Assembly (NCBI GenBank): GCA_963718895.1
Contig: CAVRAG010000007.1
Coordinates: 384,001-448,000, forward strand
Reading direction: 5' to 3'
DNA: 64,000 bases
DNA from: an uncultured Nitrososphaerota archaeon
GTDB taxonomy: Archaea > Thermoproteota > Nitrososphaeria > Nitrososphaerales > Gagatemarchaeaceae
Shown piece after piece: positions 1 through 13,603 of this stretch; within the stretch, counting starts at the first letter, position 1; each line of letters opens with the position of its first letter. The notes under the pieces were generated by a model, which saw only the letters and a program-made list of their open reading frames with translations, searched no databases and was not told the origin of the DNA. A program made the translations under genes and the position numbers.

Positions 1-580
1 TGAGGTATATCCCGGCTATCTCGCTGGTGAAGTAGACCGCCGAGGCCAGGACGTAGGAGAGCGAGGACCGTCTCACGAGCTCGCCGGACATGAAGGCGAC
101 CGAGTAGAAGACTATCGACGAGAAGATCTGGGATATGACCACTATAGGGAGGACGCCGAGCCCGAGCTGCGTCCCGAAGCTGAGCGTGGCGGAGGTGACG
201 CTGAGCGTGGCGTTCAGCAGGATGACCACCGTCAGGAGGAGGAAGCCGCCCGAGAACTTGCCGAAGAAGAACTCCTCCCTGCTCACCGGCTTGGCGAGGA
301 GCACCTCGGCCGTCCCCTGCTCGTACTCCTCGGACATCGAGCCCGCGGAGATGAGCAGGGCGGTGAAGGGGAGGAAGAACCCCTGCGGGACGAATATCCC
401 GAGGACCCAGAGGTAGGGGTCGTCGACGACCGGGAAGAGCGTCGGTCCGCTCGACCTGAGCAGGTAGTAGGGGATGGTGTCGATGAGTATCGTGAGCACG
501 ACGAGGGCGAGGACCTTCTTCCGGGCGACGGCCCTGCGCACCTCGTAGAGGGCGAACGCCCAGACCTTGTAGAGGTTCAG
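1..580 (-). CDS. ABC-2 type transporter permease (3' end runs off the window)
   Basis: Manual translation: (M)NLYKVWAFALYEVRRAVARKKVLALVVLTILID...SAGSMSEEYEQGTAEVLLAKPVSREEFFFGKFSGG. The 'E.E.GT...LL.KP..R..FF.GK' stretch is the ABC-2 permease signature. Apparent CTG start overlaps the ATPase TGA. Confidence 0.85.
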   Translation of the reverse strand, partial: MNLYKVWAFALYEVRRAVARKKVLALVVLTILIDTIPYYLLRSSGPTLFPVVDDPYLWVLGIFVPQGFFLPFTALLISAGSMSEEYEQGTAEVLLAKPVSREEFFFGKFSGGFLLLTVVILLNATLSVTSATLSFGTQLGLGVLPIVVISQIFSSIVFYSVAFMSGELVRRSSLSYVLASAVYFTSEIAGIYL

Positions 581-1511
581 GGTCCCGACCTCCGGATAGA
601 GGCGAGGTAGGCCTCGTCGAGCTCGCTCCTGGAGTAGCCGATCGAGAGCAGGCTCGCCCCCGACCCCACAACCGCCTTGGAGATCTCGCCGCGGACGTCG
701 CGCCCCTTCTCGACCTGGACCGTGAATCCGAGGGGTGTCGCCGTCACGGCGGTCACGCCCGGGATCCTTCGAACCTCACGCCATGAGGTCCTCGGACGGG
801 CTGGGGACCTCGACCTGCGACCAGGCGGGTGTCGAGGGAGCTCGAGATGAACTCCTGGATCTGGCCACGGAAGATCAGCCTGCCGGAGTGGATGACCGCC
901 AGGCTGTCGCAGAGCGACTCGACCTCCGACATGATGTGGGAGGACATGACTATCGTGCCTCCGCCCCGGGCGAACTCCCTGAAGAGCGACCTGAAGTGGA
1001 GGGCGCCGGCGGGGTCTATGCCGATCATGGGCTCGTCGAGTATGAGAAGGGAGGGCGAGCCGAGCATAGCCTGGGCGACGCTCAGCCTCTGCACCATCCC
1101 CTTGCTGAGCTTCCCTATCTTCTGGTCCTGGTACTCCGAGAGCCCGACGGACCCGAGGACCGAGGGTATCTGCTCCCTCAGCGCGGCGGAGCTCAGCCCG
1201 AGCTCCTTCCCGACGAGCTCGAGAAGCTCAGTAGGGGACATGAACGTCTGGAGGTTGGGAAGCTCCGGCGAGTAGCCGACGCTGGCGAGGGCCTTCACGT
1301 GGTCGCTGATCGGGTTCAGCCCCATGGTCCGCACGGTCCCCGAAGAGGGGCGGGAGAGCCCCAGGGCGAGGCGGATCGAGGTGGACTTGCCTGAGCCGTT
1401 CGGCCCGAGGAGCCCCACGACCTCGCCCTGCTTCACGGAGAAGGTGATGGGGCCGATCTTCTTCGAGCCGTAGTCCTTGACTGCCTCCTCGAATCGCAAG
1501 ACGTCTTCCAA
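577..1511 (-). CDS. ABC transporter ATP-binding protein (frameshift near 815)
   Basis: Walker A GPNGSGKS, signature LSKGM, Walker B LLILDEP, H-loop SSH. The C-terminus continues in another frame as ...LLSIGYSRSELDEAYLASIRRSGP*. Confidence 0.9.
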
Positions 1512-1547
1512 TCAGAGTCCCAACTGGAGCTGCAGGTCAGGAGGCTA

Positions 1548-2388
1548 CTAGTCGACCGAGTACTCTGGCTTGGCCTGCGCGCTGGGCTGGTGCTTGTGCC
1601 TGTACCGCACGCCCAGGGCAAGGGCCAGCACCGAGACAACCGCTCCGGCTCCTATCCCAATCGAGGCCGCCTGCTCCGTCGCCGAAGAGCTAGGGCCTGA
1701 GAGGGGGAGGGAGGTCGAGAGGAGCGTAAGAGCCAGAGTCACCGTTCCCGAGGGTGCGGCAGCCAGCTGCAGCGAGGGAATCCGCCTTCAAGGGACCCAA
1801 GGCCACCCGACATGTTGAGGCCGGGGATGACGAGACCCTGCCCGCTCAGCCCCTGGAGGGCTCCGAGACCCGACAGGCTCGGGATGGGGGCGCTGAACTT
1901 TACCGAGTAGATGAGCCCGGATGGGAACGTGGAGAGCGCGCCGCTTATCGTCTCGGTCGTCCCGTTGCCGTTGATCTTGGCTGTCAGGGCATAGCTTGTC
2001 AATTCGTAACCCTTGCCCTGGAACTGGATCGAGGTAGAACCGTTCTTGAGGATCGAGAGCGCAGACGCTATTCGAGCCCGACGTGTAGCTCAAGCTCTGG
2101 TTGGTGACCGACGGCAGCAGTGGTGACACTTCCGAGGACGAGTTTATCGACCGGGAGTAGCTGAAGCGTGGAGTTCCCAGAGACGACGCTCAGAACCAGC
2201 TGGTCGTACTTCGCGTTCGAGGTGGCCGAGACCGACTCGTTGACCGTGATGGCGTGCGTCGTCCCCATGTATGAGACCTGGACGCTGTAGGCCGCATAGC
2301 CCGGAGTCGCAGCACTCGCCGTGCCCACGGCCCCGAAGAGGAGCACCGCCAACGCAAGTGCGGGGAGGACAGCCTCTGTCCGTTTCAT
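1548..2388 (-). CDS. Secreted protein with C-terminal membrane anchor, frameshifted
   Basis: Signal peptide MKRTEAVLPALALAVLLFGAVGTASA; S/T-rich beta-like body spread over several ORF fragments; C-terminal TM IGIGAGAVVSVLALALGV followed by RYRHK. Confidence 0.65.
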
Positions 2389-2647
2389 AGAAAACCCGGA
2401 CATCGGCTTCGATAAAAGGCTTCCCGGAGTGGTTTTGGATGTAAGGAACTGCCTCAGCCGACTCATCCCAGTTTCCTACACGATTCCGACAGCCCGAGAC
2501 TTTCGGAACTCGCACCGGAAGGAACTGAAGGGAGGCTGAAACGGGGTTCTTCACCCTGAACGAGGAATGGCCTCCATAGATCGGACCATACTCTGAGTGC
2601 CCATCGGCAAGGGCATTTGTTTTTAATCGATACGAGAGAAACATGCC

Positions 2648-3502
2648 TTGAAGAGCTTAGCTAAAAGAGGGAACAATCATGGTCAGCGAGTGGGAGATAC
2701 TCAGGCGAAGGTCCTCAGCGAGAACCTCAAAGTTCACAAGATAGAGGCACCATACTACGAACAACTTCACCACGAGATATTCAATCGCATAGAGCAAGCG
2801 AGACTGAAACGAAGCTTAGCTAGGCACCTCGAAGAACCAAGAGGACTACGAGTCCTTGACTACGGCTGTGGAACGGGAAACTTAACGAGGGCGCTCGTAC
2901 ATATTGGGGCTATTGTGACTGCGGCAGACATTTCGCCCGAGATGATTGCCTTGACACAGGCAAACCTCAGCAAGGAAATACAAGCAGGGTTGGTACAGAC
3001 CCTCATTCTAGGCGCGGACCATTGGCTATTGGCAAGTTTGATTGTGTTGCAATGTATTCCGTCCTTCACCATCTTTATGACCCCGTTGGGGCTGTCAGTG
3101 ATCTCGCCACTCGCATTTCTCCCCAAGGGACAATTCTGATAGAGCACGAATTCAATCCGGGATTCTCTAATCTTGCCCACACACGCTTCTTCCACTTCTA
3201 CGAACTTAGTTGCTATCTTCTCAATAAACTGTGGGAGTTGGGTGTCAAAATGGCGCGAGGGGTCTCGACCCCAGAATTGAGGTACTCTTATGTGTGGTCT
3301 GATTATGGAGCACAAGAAGAGACACGAATTCCATGGGCGAACCTCGTACTCGCAATGGAGCGTCTGGGCTTCCAGATGGAAACAGACAGATACATGGTGT
3401 CTAAGAACTCGAATTCCGAATCCAATCTACATGATCTGCAGATGGTTTCTTGCTGACACGATGACAGTCATTTTTAGGCGAACCAACTACACGCGAGGTT
3501 AA
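2648..3502 (+). CDS. Class I SAM-dependent methyltransferase, frameshifted
   Basis: Motif I VLDYGCGTG, ADISPEM, then FDCVAMYSVLHHLYDP in the next frame. Confidence 0.85.
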
Positions 3503-3778
3503 GAGATGAAGGGTGGCTTCTAGGGTGTCTTCTGATTGACCTTCTGACCAAGTTATTGAGTACATTCTTTGGAAGGTAGCCGGGCGAAAACAATCTTGCT
3601 GATGATGTTGAAGACTCGATCAAGAACTCCCTATTCCCGTTCTCGCGGAGCACTAGGTTTCACCTGGCAAGCCCGATCTTTAAGCCCGAGCGTTTGGAGA
3701 GCATTCACAACTGTCCCAATCAAGGCACACTTTTTGATTGATTTAGATAGGACCGTTTCTGTCGGAAAGTTTTGGCGA

Positions 3779-4804
3779 ATGAAGCTAGCGTTCATCAGCA
3801 GTCAAGGTAGAGGAGGAGTCGCAGCAAGTGATTCCGCTCTGATTAGAGGCCTCACGAAGGAAAAAATTGATGTCCAGGTCCTCCCAGCTGGGAACGACCT
3901 GCTGACCAAGCTTCTGAGAGATGCCTCGTTTGTTCATTCCTTTCACGCGTTTGACAGGGTTCTGTATTCAGGTTCGACTCCGTGGATCAGTAACCTTGTC
4001 CCACGTGCCGTTAAGAGAGCGCTCTTCGTCCACGGCTTTGTACACGGCGAACTAGTGAATTCCTTCAAGCACGGGAAGGCATCGACTAGGGCCGGAAGCA
4101 TTGTCGATTTGGCCAGATGGCAGTTCTTCAAGTTGACTGACAATATCGAGTTCGTGGCGACACACAGCAAGTCAACGTATGAGATCCTGGGGATGTCGAC
4201 TCCCGTCTCCCAGTTCTCCAATTCGTCTTTGAGGAGGATTTGGTAGAAAGTGATGAGGGTGGCTGGGACGACAATCAACCAACGAGGGTTAGGATAGTGA
4301 CATACACGTCCTTGGTGGAATCACCCCGCCTCCTGAAATCAAATCAGTTGGAGGAAATAGCCGCGGGCCTCTGCAAGACGCGTCAACAGAGAGTTTGAAC
4401 TGGTGGTTGTGGGTCCTTCGAGATTGCGCGAATCCAGTCACATAAGGCGTTTGGATTTCATGAAGCGATTGGAGTTCTTGAGATTGCTTTCATCATCGGA
4501 CGTCCTTCTTGAATGCTGTACTGATGAGGAACTAGGGATTGGCAGTCTTGAAGAGGGCATTCAAGAACGTCCCAGTGGCAAAGATTATGAGACGATCCTG
4601 TCTTAGGGAGAAAAGACTACACTGACGACGATGTCATCGTCAGCACATCCATGCCCGAGTTTGTTGAGAGCTTAGCAACGTATGTCGAAGACATCAATCG
4701 ACAGAAAGAATATCGAGTGGATGGAGATTTCGTAACTTCCTTGCAACGAAGAGAACGTGGAATTCTGTCAAGGGGCAACTTCTTGAGGCCCTGTCGAGCA
4801 ACTA
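3779..4804 (+). CDS. Putative GT-B (GT4-like) glycosyltransferase, frameshifted
   Basis: N-terminus MKLAFISSQGRGGVA; LFVHG; later LRLLSSSDVLL...DEELGIGSLE (ExxGxxxLE motif); ends RTWNSVKGQLLEALSSN*. Confidence 0.6.
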
Positions 4805-5168
4805 GGGAGGGGTCTACCATTTGCCACTTGGGTGATCGTCACCCCCACGATGGTTAGAATCATCCCTGTCGTAACTCGAAGGTGACTCGACAAGATATTA
4901 CGTCGGAAGCAACCCTGTCAGCGGCTTTTTCATATCCCCTAGTGCGCTCGATGTCGGCGCCTTCCCCTTCGGAAATAGCCTCACATCGCATCCGCGAGCT
5001 CCCGCGGGCCCTCTCCTTGAGCTCCCGAACGAAGAGTTTATGACCGTCCCGCACAACAAGGTTCTCGTTTCTGCTCCCCATATGGTTTAGCATGATCGAT
5101 CAGTAAGTCCAAGATAATGAGACCTTATAGTGTGAAGCTATTGGTCCAATCAGCCAGACTCATTGACG

Positions 5169-6883
5169 TCACTGTGAAGGGGAAGAGCCCGGCAGTCTCA
5201 TTCTGGGGTTGGACAAGCTGCTGAAAGTAGCCCGGGAAAGCCGAGAAAGGCGCAGAGCCGTTTCCCACGCGTACCTCCACGGTTGACCACATATCTGAGT
5301 AGAATTGACTCGCACTGATGTTGTCAACGGACTGAGATACTGGGAGCGGGGAGAGAAGACTCTTAGGTTCCTTAAATCTTGAACACCTGGGGTCAAAGTC
5401 GACCGATACGGGATTCCCAGCATATATGCAGGTGACCCATTCAGATTCGCCTGCATGAAGTTTCTCACTTCAACCGCATTCGTCCCGGTGGAGAGGTAGA
5501 AGGTGTCATCCGGAAGGAAATGGACCGGCGAGGTTGCGAACGCCCCCCAAGCGGGTACAGGGAAAATCATGAACACAACGAATAAGGCGAGACAAGACGA
5601 GACTCGTCTCCGACTCTTGGTTAGACGAGAGAAGACGAAGGGAGCCGCCAAGAAGAAGGCTGGTAGCGAGGTATTCGCTAGTTGGACTACCTCTCCCGAA
5701 ACCAGATATGAGAATGAGTGGTACCCAGGTTGCAGCGCATAGTAGTAGGATGTTCCGAGATAGGATATGAGAGCGACCGCAGAAGAGGAGCAAAAGCAAG
5801 GCCAGCCTGTCCCTCCCAAATAGCGCGCGCCTCAAGAGAAGTACTAATCCGACCGCCCCAATCACACCAGCAATTGGGCCCCAGCCACCTGCGATGCCTA
5901 CTAAAAAGAACGAGGCAGTCCATAGGATAGGGGATGAACCAAGTGCTCACAATCTTGGTTGTAGTACTGATAGTTGTAATGGTACTTGAGCTGACGTTAC
6001 CAAGAGTCGTGGTGATGGTCTGGGTGATGGTCGTGGTGATGGTCGACGGCGTGCTCGAGGCAAGGGGACCGACGGTCAAGGAGAGTGCTGAGTGGGGAAG
6101 GCTAAGAAGCACTCCAGTAGGCAATACAAAAGCGACGATTGAGAGGGTCAAGAGCAGCTTGAGTCTTGACCGGTGCATTGCGGCGTTATCGTCCCGCTTG
6201 AAGTAGGCCGCTAGGGCTATGATGGCGATGCCTCCAAGCGAATAGGCGATGTACGGCTCTCTTGAACCGGTTGATGCGCCGAAAGCTACTGCAGAAACGA
6301 ATGGGTAGATGAGGGTCCCTTTCCAGGTCTTCGATTGGTAGAACCTAATGAAGAAAGTAGATGCCCCACATTGCAGCAGCAAGGCCGACGGGTTCAGTCA
6401 AAAAGCGAGTTTGAATACGCAATGAAGGAAACAGCCATGAACGACGAAATCATCGCAAGGGCAGCGGTGACACCACCGAATCCCAGTCTGTGAAGAATGA
6501 GGTATATTGCGAAGAGTGTGAGGCTGGACCAGAAGAAACCATAGAAGGGAAGAAGTGTGGAGAATGAATCGACGCTGTTGATTCCAAAGGCCCTGAAGAT
6601 GACGATGTTGAAGCCGCCGAAGAACCACCGGTCGGTGTAAATCGCCCCTCCGAGGGCCTCGTTGTAATAGCGGAACGCATCGGAATCAAACAGGCCAGTG
6701 GTCCAGTATTCGTAAAACCTGAACGTGTAGAGTACGGAAAGGAGTCCTTGGGCCAAGAAGAGCGTCTTGGTCTCCAGAGAAAACGCTCGCAGTTTCACGT
6801 TTGAAACCACGCAACGAATCGGGACCTGTGCACCACGGACATCCTAGCCTTCCTGTGAGGACCGGGTAGAGCGCATTCACCAT
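5169..6883 (-). CDS. Large polytopic membrane protein (GT-C/polymerase-like), frameshifted; ends approximate
   Basis: Consecutive hydrophobic ORF fragments 6394-6810, 5687-6382, 5506-5865 and 5169-5819; DSDAFRY after the first TM; SREPY motif; Thr-rich loop. Confidence 0.55.
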
Positions 6884-6968
6884 ATAGACATTCGAGGGAA
6901 ATCGGCCTGTTCTTAATCATCCCTCGAGTGGAATTCCGACAAGTGAGGTGTGATTCAATCCATTAACT

Positions 6969-8031
6969 CTATTGACCTCCAGAGGACGAAATCCTCATTT
7001 CCGACCTTCGACTACTTTGACGGATATCTTCGATAAGCTTCACGAGAATAGGAGATATGCAGCCACCTCCTTGTGAGCACCGAGCGGCTGGAACACAAGC
7101 TTTCACGCCTTGCCGAGCAACAGGCTCCTCACACTCGATGAAGATGCTTATGATCTTGGCCCCCTCCCCAGCTATTCCCTCAGGAATGACCCGAGTTCGA
7201 ATTAAGGAACGGAAGAAGAAACAAGGCAGCATAAAGATCGATTTCCACCCATAGAACCTAATCAGAAACAGCGAATGGTTACGCAACTCGTAGTAGCCGC
7301 TTCGGACCTTCGATTTTCTCGTGCCCCCCTCGGTAGCTCTATCGTGCACCGCAACGGCCCATAGATTGGTAGAATATCATGTATCCTGCTCTGCGAACTC
7401 TATAGTAGAAGTCGGTTTCCTCTCGGTAGCTTGTTCCACGATAATATCTCCAATCGTATCCGCCGACTCTTCGGAAGACTTCTGAGGGTATCTAGGGAAC
7501 AAGAGTGCAAAGCGGGAACTTGGACCAACCCTGCCTTTTCGCTGCTGAAGTTCGAGTAAATAATCCCAGTGAATGGACTTGTTTCAACAATACGATCATC
7601 CGATTTGATTCGGACTCTTGCGGTAGGCCTCTATCAGTCTGGGCGCCACCGCCCCTACACGGTGTCCCTCCTTTGCAAGACAGTCGAAACCATCTATGAG
7701 ATTCAATAGACAGTCTGGTTCAAGAATCAAATCATCTTCGATAAAGAAGACGAAGTCCCCCTTCGCGAGCGAAACAGCGATGTTTCTGGACATGGGAAGC
7801 CCAACATTCGAATTATTCCGGTGGTACCTAATTCTTGGAATCGTTTTCCTCAGTTCGTCGACTATAATCGGCGTCTCGTCTGTACTTCCGTCGTCGATGA
7901 TTGAGTATTTCATAGTCGTCGTAGCTCTGCGAAATGACACTGTTGAGACACTTTCGTATATGGCTACTCCGATTGAACGTCGGCAAGGCGATTGTTACTC
8001 TAATGGGCCTAGTGGACATCGGCTTCGTCAT
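6969..8031 (-). CDS. Glycosyltransferase family 2, frameshifted
   Basis: VTIALPTFNR...IIDDGSTD...NVGLPMSRN...FVFFIEDD, later YREETDFYYR. ATG overlaps the upstream TGA. Confidence 0.85.
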
Positions 8032-9041
8032 GTTGCAATGCCCTGCAGCCTCTTGTAAGCCATGAGATGGGCCGCGGCTGAACGACTCCAAGAATAACTG
8101 TCCCAGAACGTCGAATCACCGACGACAGTGTCACACCTCACGGATCTCGACATTAATCTGCCGATTGTCTTGGATAGCTCTTCGGGCGTACGACTTCTGT
8201 CCATCACGACACCCTTGTCACGAAGCTTAGCGATATCTGCGACATCACTTGAAACGACGGGCAAGCCGCAAGAAAGCGCTTCCAAGACAACGAGAGAGAA
8301 GCCCTCCACCTTGGAAACCTGAACAAGCACATCCGAAGCATTGTACACCCTCACCAAATCTTCCCTTTCGAGGTACCCCATGAGGCGCAGGTCAACGTTC
8401 AATTCCTTCGCTAGCTTGCTGATTCTGGTTTCGCTCGGTCCGCGACCGACAATCAGGGAGCGTTACATCGCGCAGTCTGGACACGGCTGTGACAAGTAGT
8501 TCATGGTTCTTGTGGGGAACGAGTCTGCCTACACTCAGAATTGTGAACTTGTTCAGACCGAGCCTGTCCCGAGCTTCCTTACGAAAACTCGAATCCTCTT
8601 TGAACAAGGACCTATCGATACCATCGAGGAGATGACCAGACTCTCTGGTTCTGCATTCCCAAGCCATGCGATGACCTGTCAGATGGGAGAATGATGAGGC
8701 TCGCCTGCGAACACGCAATCTTCTCGATTGGGTAAAATAATGAATCTCTCGGCTTGGGCGGTGCTCGGATACGAAATGGTGGAACGTCTCTACCTTAAGT
8801 CGGTGAATTGCGAGCATGCCACTTGCCTCATTGGAATGAACGATGTCGTAGGCCGAATAGTTACGAAACAGATTCCGGAGTATGAATAAGACAGGTGCCG
8901 ATGATCGGAATGTGCAAGTTCGTTGTGAAGACATCGACGACCGCACCTTCTTGTCGCAGACCTTCGACATAGGTCAAGAGAGTAGACCCCATATCCGTAC
9001 GAAGAATCACCATACCCATAGGTAATGTAAGCCACTCTCAA
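8028..9041 (-). CDS. Glycosyltransferase family 4, frameshifted
   Basis: ILSVGRLVPHKN; YNASDVLVQVSKVEGFSLVVLEALSCGLPVVSSDV. Confidence 0.9.
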
Positions 9042-9410
9042 GGGTTGACACCTGTGCTGAAGTGCATACTTGCCGTCAAGGCAATCTGAGATTTCGATGT
9101 GATGGGAGTTAAGGCTTCTGAGTCACGTCTGCTGTGCGTTCGTCTTTCATCAAATGAATAGCAACGACCTCGCAGTCTCACCCTGCTCCCAACACGGCTC
9201 CAGAACGTACTAGGAGCTCTTGGCCGCGCTTTCAACACGCCGGTCTTTTCCTGGACGACTTACACAACCCTCACCATGTTCTGTGCAGTGGTCCAATATT
9301 TCAGACCAATTAAATAACATCTTCATCGGGAACGAAATCCCCCCGCGCACCTAGCATCTAGTTCAATCAATAAGATAGTGAAAAATATCCCTCAACAGAG
9401 TTCTGGGGAG

Positions 9411-10657
9411 CTAATCATTCGATTTTGGTAGATTAGAGGAATCCAAGCACGCGCTAATCACTTCCTTGAGACAAGAATCCATCTTCTGCAAAGAGAACGC
9501 CCTCTCGAACAGTTTGAGAGCATCCAAACCCATGACATCTCTTGAGTTCATCTTCTTGCAAGAATAAAGTTGTGAGCGGTGTACATCAGCTCCTGGTGAC
9601 AAAACTACGCCGGCGTCATTCTCTGCGAATGAAATCTCCAGAAAGAAACCCATTGGCTAGGCAAATAATCGGCTTGCCATTCCTCAAATACTCGATCAGC
9701 TTAATCGGTAACGAGGCGTCAGGATAAGGACAATTCTTCATTGGTAGCAGGAATAAATCTGCCTGTGAGAGGAATGTGTCGAGTGCCGAAGCACTAAGTC
9801 GTCTCGAATGACAAGGTCACATTCGGCAGATTCAGGTCTTGATATTAGCGTCATTATCTCCCCACGTAATTCACCGTCCCATGCAGGACAACATGATGTC
9901 CGGACTTTCCCGCAAGATGTCGGCTGCGCTCAATAGGGTTTCGAAGTCGTAATTCTTTCCTAGGTTGCCTGAATACAGGGCAACAACGCCGGACCGGCTT
10001 CCCTTCGGAGGGTTGTCAGTCAAGCGTTGGGTCTTTTTTACCAAGCATTAGGAACAATGAAAACCCTCTTTAGATTCAATCTGTGTGGTTCGACAGCATT
10101 CTTGTCATGGAAGATGTCAAGGTTGTAACATAATCACTTTGTCGATACGCCACGTTGCAAACGGCATCTCCTAGAGTGTATCTCGTCCCAGATTGTACAT
10201 TCCCTGTGTTGACCAAGGCCTCCGGCCAAATGTCAGTGACGTCAGAGACGACCCCTCGCGCCAGTAAGACTCCTAACTAATACGGCTGGGAATGTCGAAA
10301 AGACCTTCATACTGAACGCCCAAACCACATCGAGATCTTAGTGCGAACAAGGACGCAAAGCAAGCACTAATCACGCGAACGAGGCGTAAAGCAGAATCCT
10401 GTTGATGCTGCCGTTGTGCGGCAAGGGGAGCACGATATTTTTCCGGATGACTTCTGTCGGTCCGTCGCTTTCCCTTGCGAAGAAGCGCAGTTTACGGCCT
10501 GATATCTTGTATCCTTTTGGATAGTGAGGGAACGAGGTTATCACGGTCACCCGGTGTGATAGACCGACTGTCAGCTCTTTGACCTGGTCTGAAGCCTCAG
10601 AACATCTCCATTCATGTCTGGGGGATAGTACTGGGAAATTATCAAGATTCTTGACAA
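9411..10657 (-). CDS. Glycosyltransferase family 4 (WbuB-like), heavily frameshifted
   Basis: Manual reading: (M)SRILIISQYYPPD...VTVITSFPHYPKG...DVTDIWPEALV...YSGNLGKNYDF...LPIKLIEYL..GKPII. Confidence 0.8.
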
Positions 10658-10760
10658 GTTCTCGTTCTCGGGGGATGCTGGTCAGTCTTGTTCGAACCAA
10701 GACTCCAAAGGGGACAGATGGGCCGGCCCGAGTTTTGAGGAGAGTCTTGAGGCAACGCCA

Positions 10761-11822
10761 TTACCTTTCTGGACCCGAACTTATCTCCTTGTGCCACGTT
10801 ATTGATTTTCTAAGGCCCTCTTCTAGGTCCACCTTGGGTTGCCAACCGAGTAGCCGCTTGGCCCTGCGGATGTCCAATGCTCGGCTCGAATGGACCCTCG
10901 GGGTTGTTTCGAGATTGTAGTAGATATTTTTCAAGAAATACCCGGAAATTCTGAGGTATTGAGTCGACCACTTGCCTTATCGTATATCTCTTGTCCCAAC
11001 CAGAGATTCACAGGTGTACCATCATCTATGATTTCACATGCGAGTATGGATTTCCTCGGCAATATCATCGACGTATGTGAATCCCCTCTCTTCATTGCCG
11101 CTTCCCCCAGACCTCGAATGGATCTTGTTTCTTGAGTGCTTTTTCGATTAACGCAGCTATCGCATGGCTCGAATCGAATTCGCCTGGCCCGTAGACGGTA
11201 AGATAGCGACACGCAGAGGTCTTGAACCCGTGTTCCTTATTGAACACTATCAACTGCATCTCACCCATCAGCTTAGCGAATCCGTAGAGGTTGTCACTGC
11301 TTGCCCATCCTTCGCCAGTGGCCAGAATGTCATCCTCCTTCAAGAGACGACCTGGAATGTTGAGTGAAGGAGCATACACACAAGCACTGGAAGCATAGTG
11401 AAATCGGTCAATACCGGCAACGTAGGAACCGCTTATCACATTGTGATCTATTGCGAGCATCTCGGAGCACTCCGCTTGATGGATGTCAACAAACTCCCTG
11501 CCTCCGAACACAGCACTAAGGTGGAAGACTGTGCGTTCTTCTTTGCAATCTTTTGGAACTTTGCCTTGTCAACCGCAAGATCGAGGGTAACTAGATTGGG
11601 ATGATCGAAGCCGTGCTTTGCGTAAACCTCGTTCAGCGAATTCACTTTCCTCTTCGCCATTTCAATGTTTTTTTCGGTACCAAGAACCTTGTCTATCACA
11701 GTAACCTCAGCCCCCCTAGACAGGAGTTTGTCCACCACACATCTCCCAATGAATCCCGCGCCACCCGTAACAATGATTTTCCTATCCTTCCAGCGGGTCC
11801 GTTGAGATCTTGGCAGGGGCAC
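10761..11822 (-). CDS. NAD-dependent nucleotide-sugar epimerase/dehydratase, frameshifted
   Basis: IIVTGGAGFIG, YASSACVY, YGFAK (YxxxK), VYGPGE, LLGWQPKVDLEEGL. Confidence 0.9.
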
Positions 11823-12718
11823 TAGTCACCCTCCCGGCTTTCGCGTACGACACTTATCAGAACCCACAGGATTACGGCTATGGCGACTAGGATTAGACCG
11901 ACGAGTGAGGTTGCCATCGCTATGAGTGCAACATTTGTGATTATGGTCTTCTCAGCGACAAAGATGCTTAAGGTCCAGTACCAGAAGACGACGGCGATGA
12001 GCAAAGATACAAAACCAGGAATTCCGTAGAACATCAGGGGATGGCGGATTGAAAGGTGTTTCACAAGAGAAAGAAGCACATCTAGCCCTTGGTACACCGG
12101 GTTACGCTTCGACGAGCCTTGTATATAGGATACAGTAATCGGAACTTCAATCGCCTTAAGCCCTAAATCGTGGGCCTTGGATAGTATCTCTGTATGGCCC
12201 ATCCCCATTTCGCTGATTGCCAGAGATTTGATAGCTCTCTTATTGTACGCGGAAACCTGATTGGGCGTCAGTTAGACCGAAGTACGCCATAGCGCCGGAC
12301 AGCTTGGTTATTGCTTGCGCACCAACCTTTCTATGGTTCGGCATGTTAGTAGTTCCCTCAAGGAATCTCGAACCGACGACTATGTCTGCTTCCCCGTTGA
12401 GAAGCGGTGTGACAACCTTTTCCACGTCGGCAGGGTCATGCTGCCCATCCCCGTCCAAAGTGACCATGATGTCGACATCCTCCAGTTTAGCACGCGAAAA
12501 AGCGTTGCCAATGCGGCACCGTAGCCCTTGTTCGTTGAATGAGAGATTACCTCAGCTCCTAGGCTCTTGGCGATATCTCTCGTCAGGTCTGTTGACCCGT
12601 CATCGCACACGATTACGCTGTCGACATATCTGTTAGCAAGAACAAGCACTTTTGCAATGTTCTTCTCTTCGTTGTAGGCAGGAATGGCCGCCACCACTCG
12701 TAATTTACTCTCCTGCAT
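11822..12718 (-). CDS. GT2, dolichol-phosphate glycosyltransferase (DPM1-like) with C-terminal TMs, frameshifted
   Basis: IPAYNEE, CDDGSTD, NKGYG, TLDGDGQHDP, VVGSRF, TDAQSGFR, two C-terminal TM helices. Confidence 0.9.
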
Positions 12719-13603
12719 TTGCTACCCATCCCTGAAGTGTGAGTCGGACCGCATCCCAAGCAGAATGTTCGTTGGAACCCAAATTTCACATTCTCTTCCA
12801 GGAAGGCAACGCCTAGTCTGGATGTCTACCGAGGTCTGATACGGCCGATTGGCCTTGGTCCCCTCCTCAGCCAAAGCGTGAGGTAAAACGTTGACAATCT
12901 CAATGATGCAGGACATCAACGCACAATCGAAGTCCATCTGGAGAGTCCCCGCGACTTTGCTTTCATGCATAAAGTTCTTCTGATCGTCCAACGCGCATAG
13001 GTCAAGAGGGATAGCCTCAGCGAGTGTTGTGACGGATTTGGAATTGATTCTGTCAATGTCTTCTCTCACCTGCTTGGATCAATCCAAAGAGACGGCTCGG
13101 ATGAACTCCCGCGGCCTGAGCGGGACAAAGAGAAGACTGCTTTGTGGCCTTCGTTTTGAGATTCACGCTCGAGAAACCGAAGGTTCGTCCGGGATTGATT
13201 TCACGCATCGCGAAGAGGTTTGTAATCAATGGTGAGATGTCTGAAATTTGGGCTACTTGAAGAACGGTCTGCATACTTAACGTTGGATTCTTGACAGTCT
13301 TATACCTAGTATGTTCCTCTGTCATGAATTGGATATTCTTCGGTTAAGGTTGTCTCCCGAAACTGCCAGGTTTCCGACCTGTAGATTACTGAGTACAATC
13401 ACATCGAACCAGTCGCAACGAGTCTGCACTCTCGAGGATTAATTGTGAACCTTCCTATTCGTTGAGCAAGGCTTCATGTCAGTTAGGCAGACGAACTGCA
13501 TCTCCACAGATTCACGAGGTCTCAAAGAGAAGACCTTGCGCGACTCGGGTAAGGAGGGAGCATCTAGGCGTAGTCGAAATGAAGGGAGTCGCAGCCACGC
13601 TTC

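Noticed and set aside
5950-6050. Short tandem GTGATGGTC repeats as CRISPR or VNTR
   Set aside because: They encode a Thr-rich protein linker and have no repeat-spacer structure.
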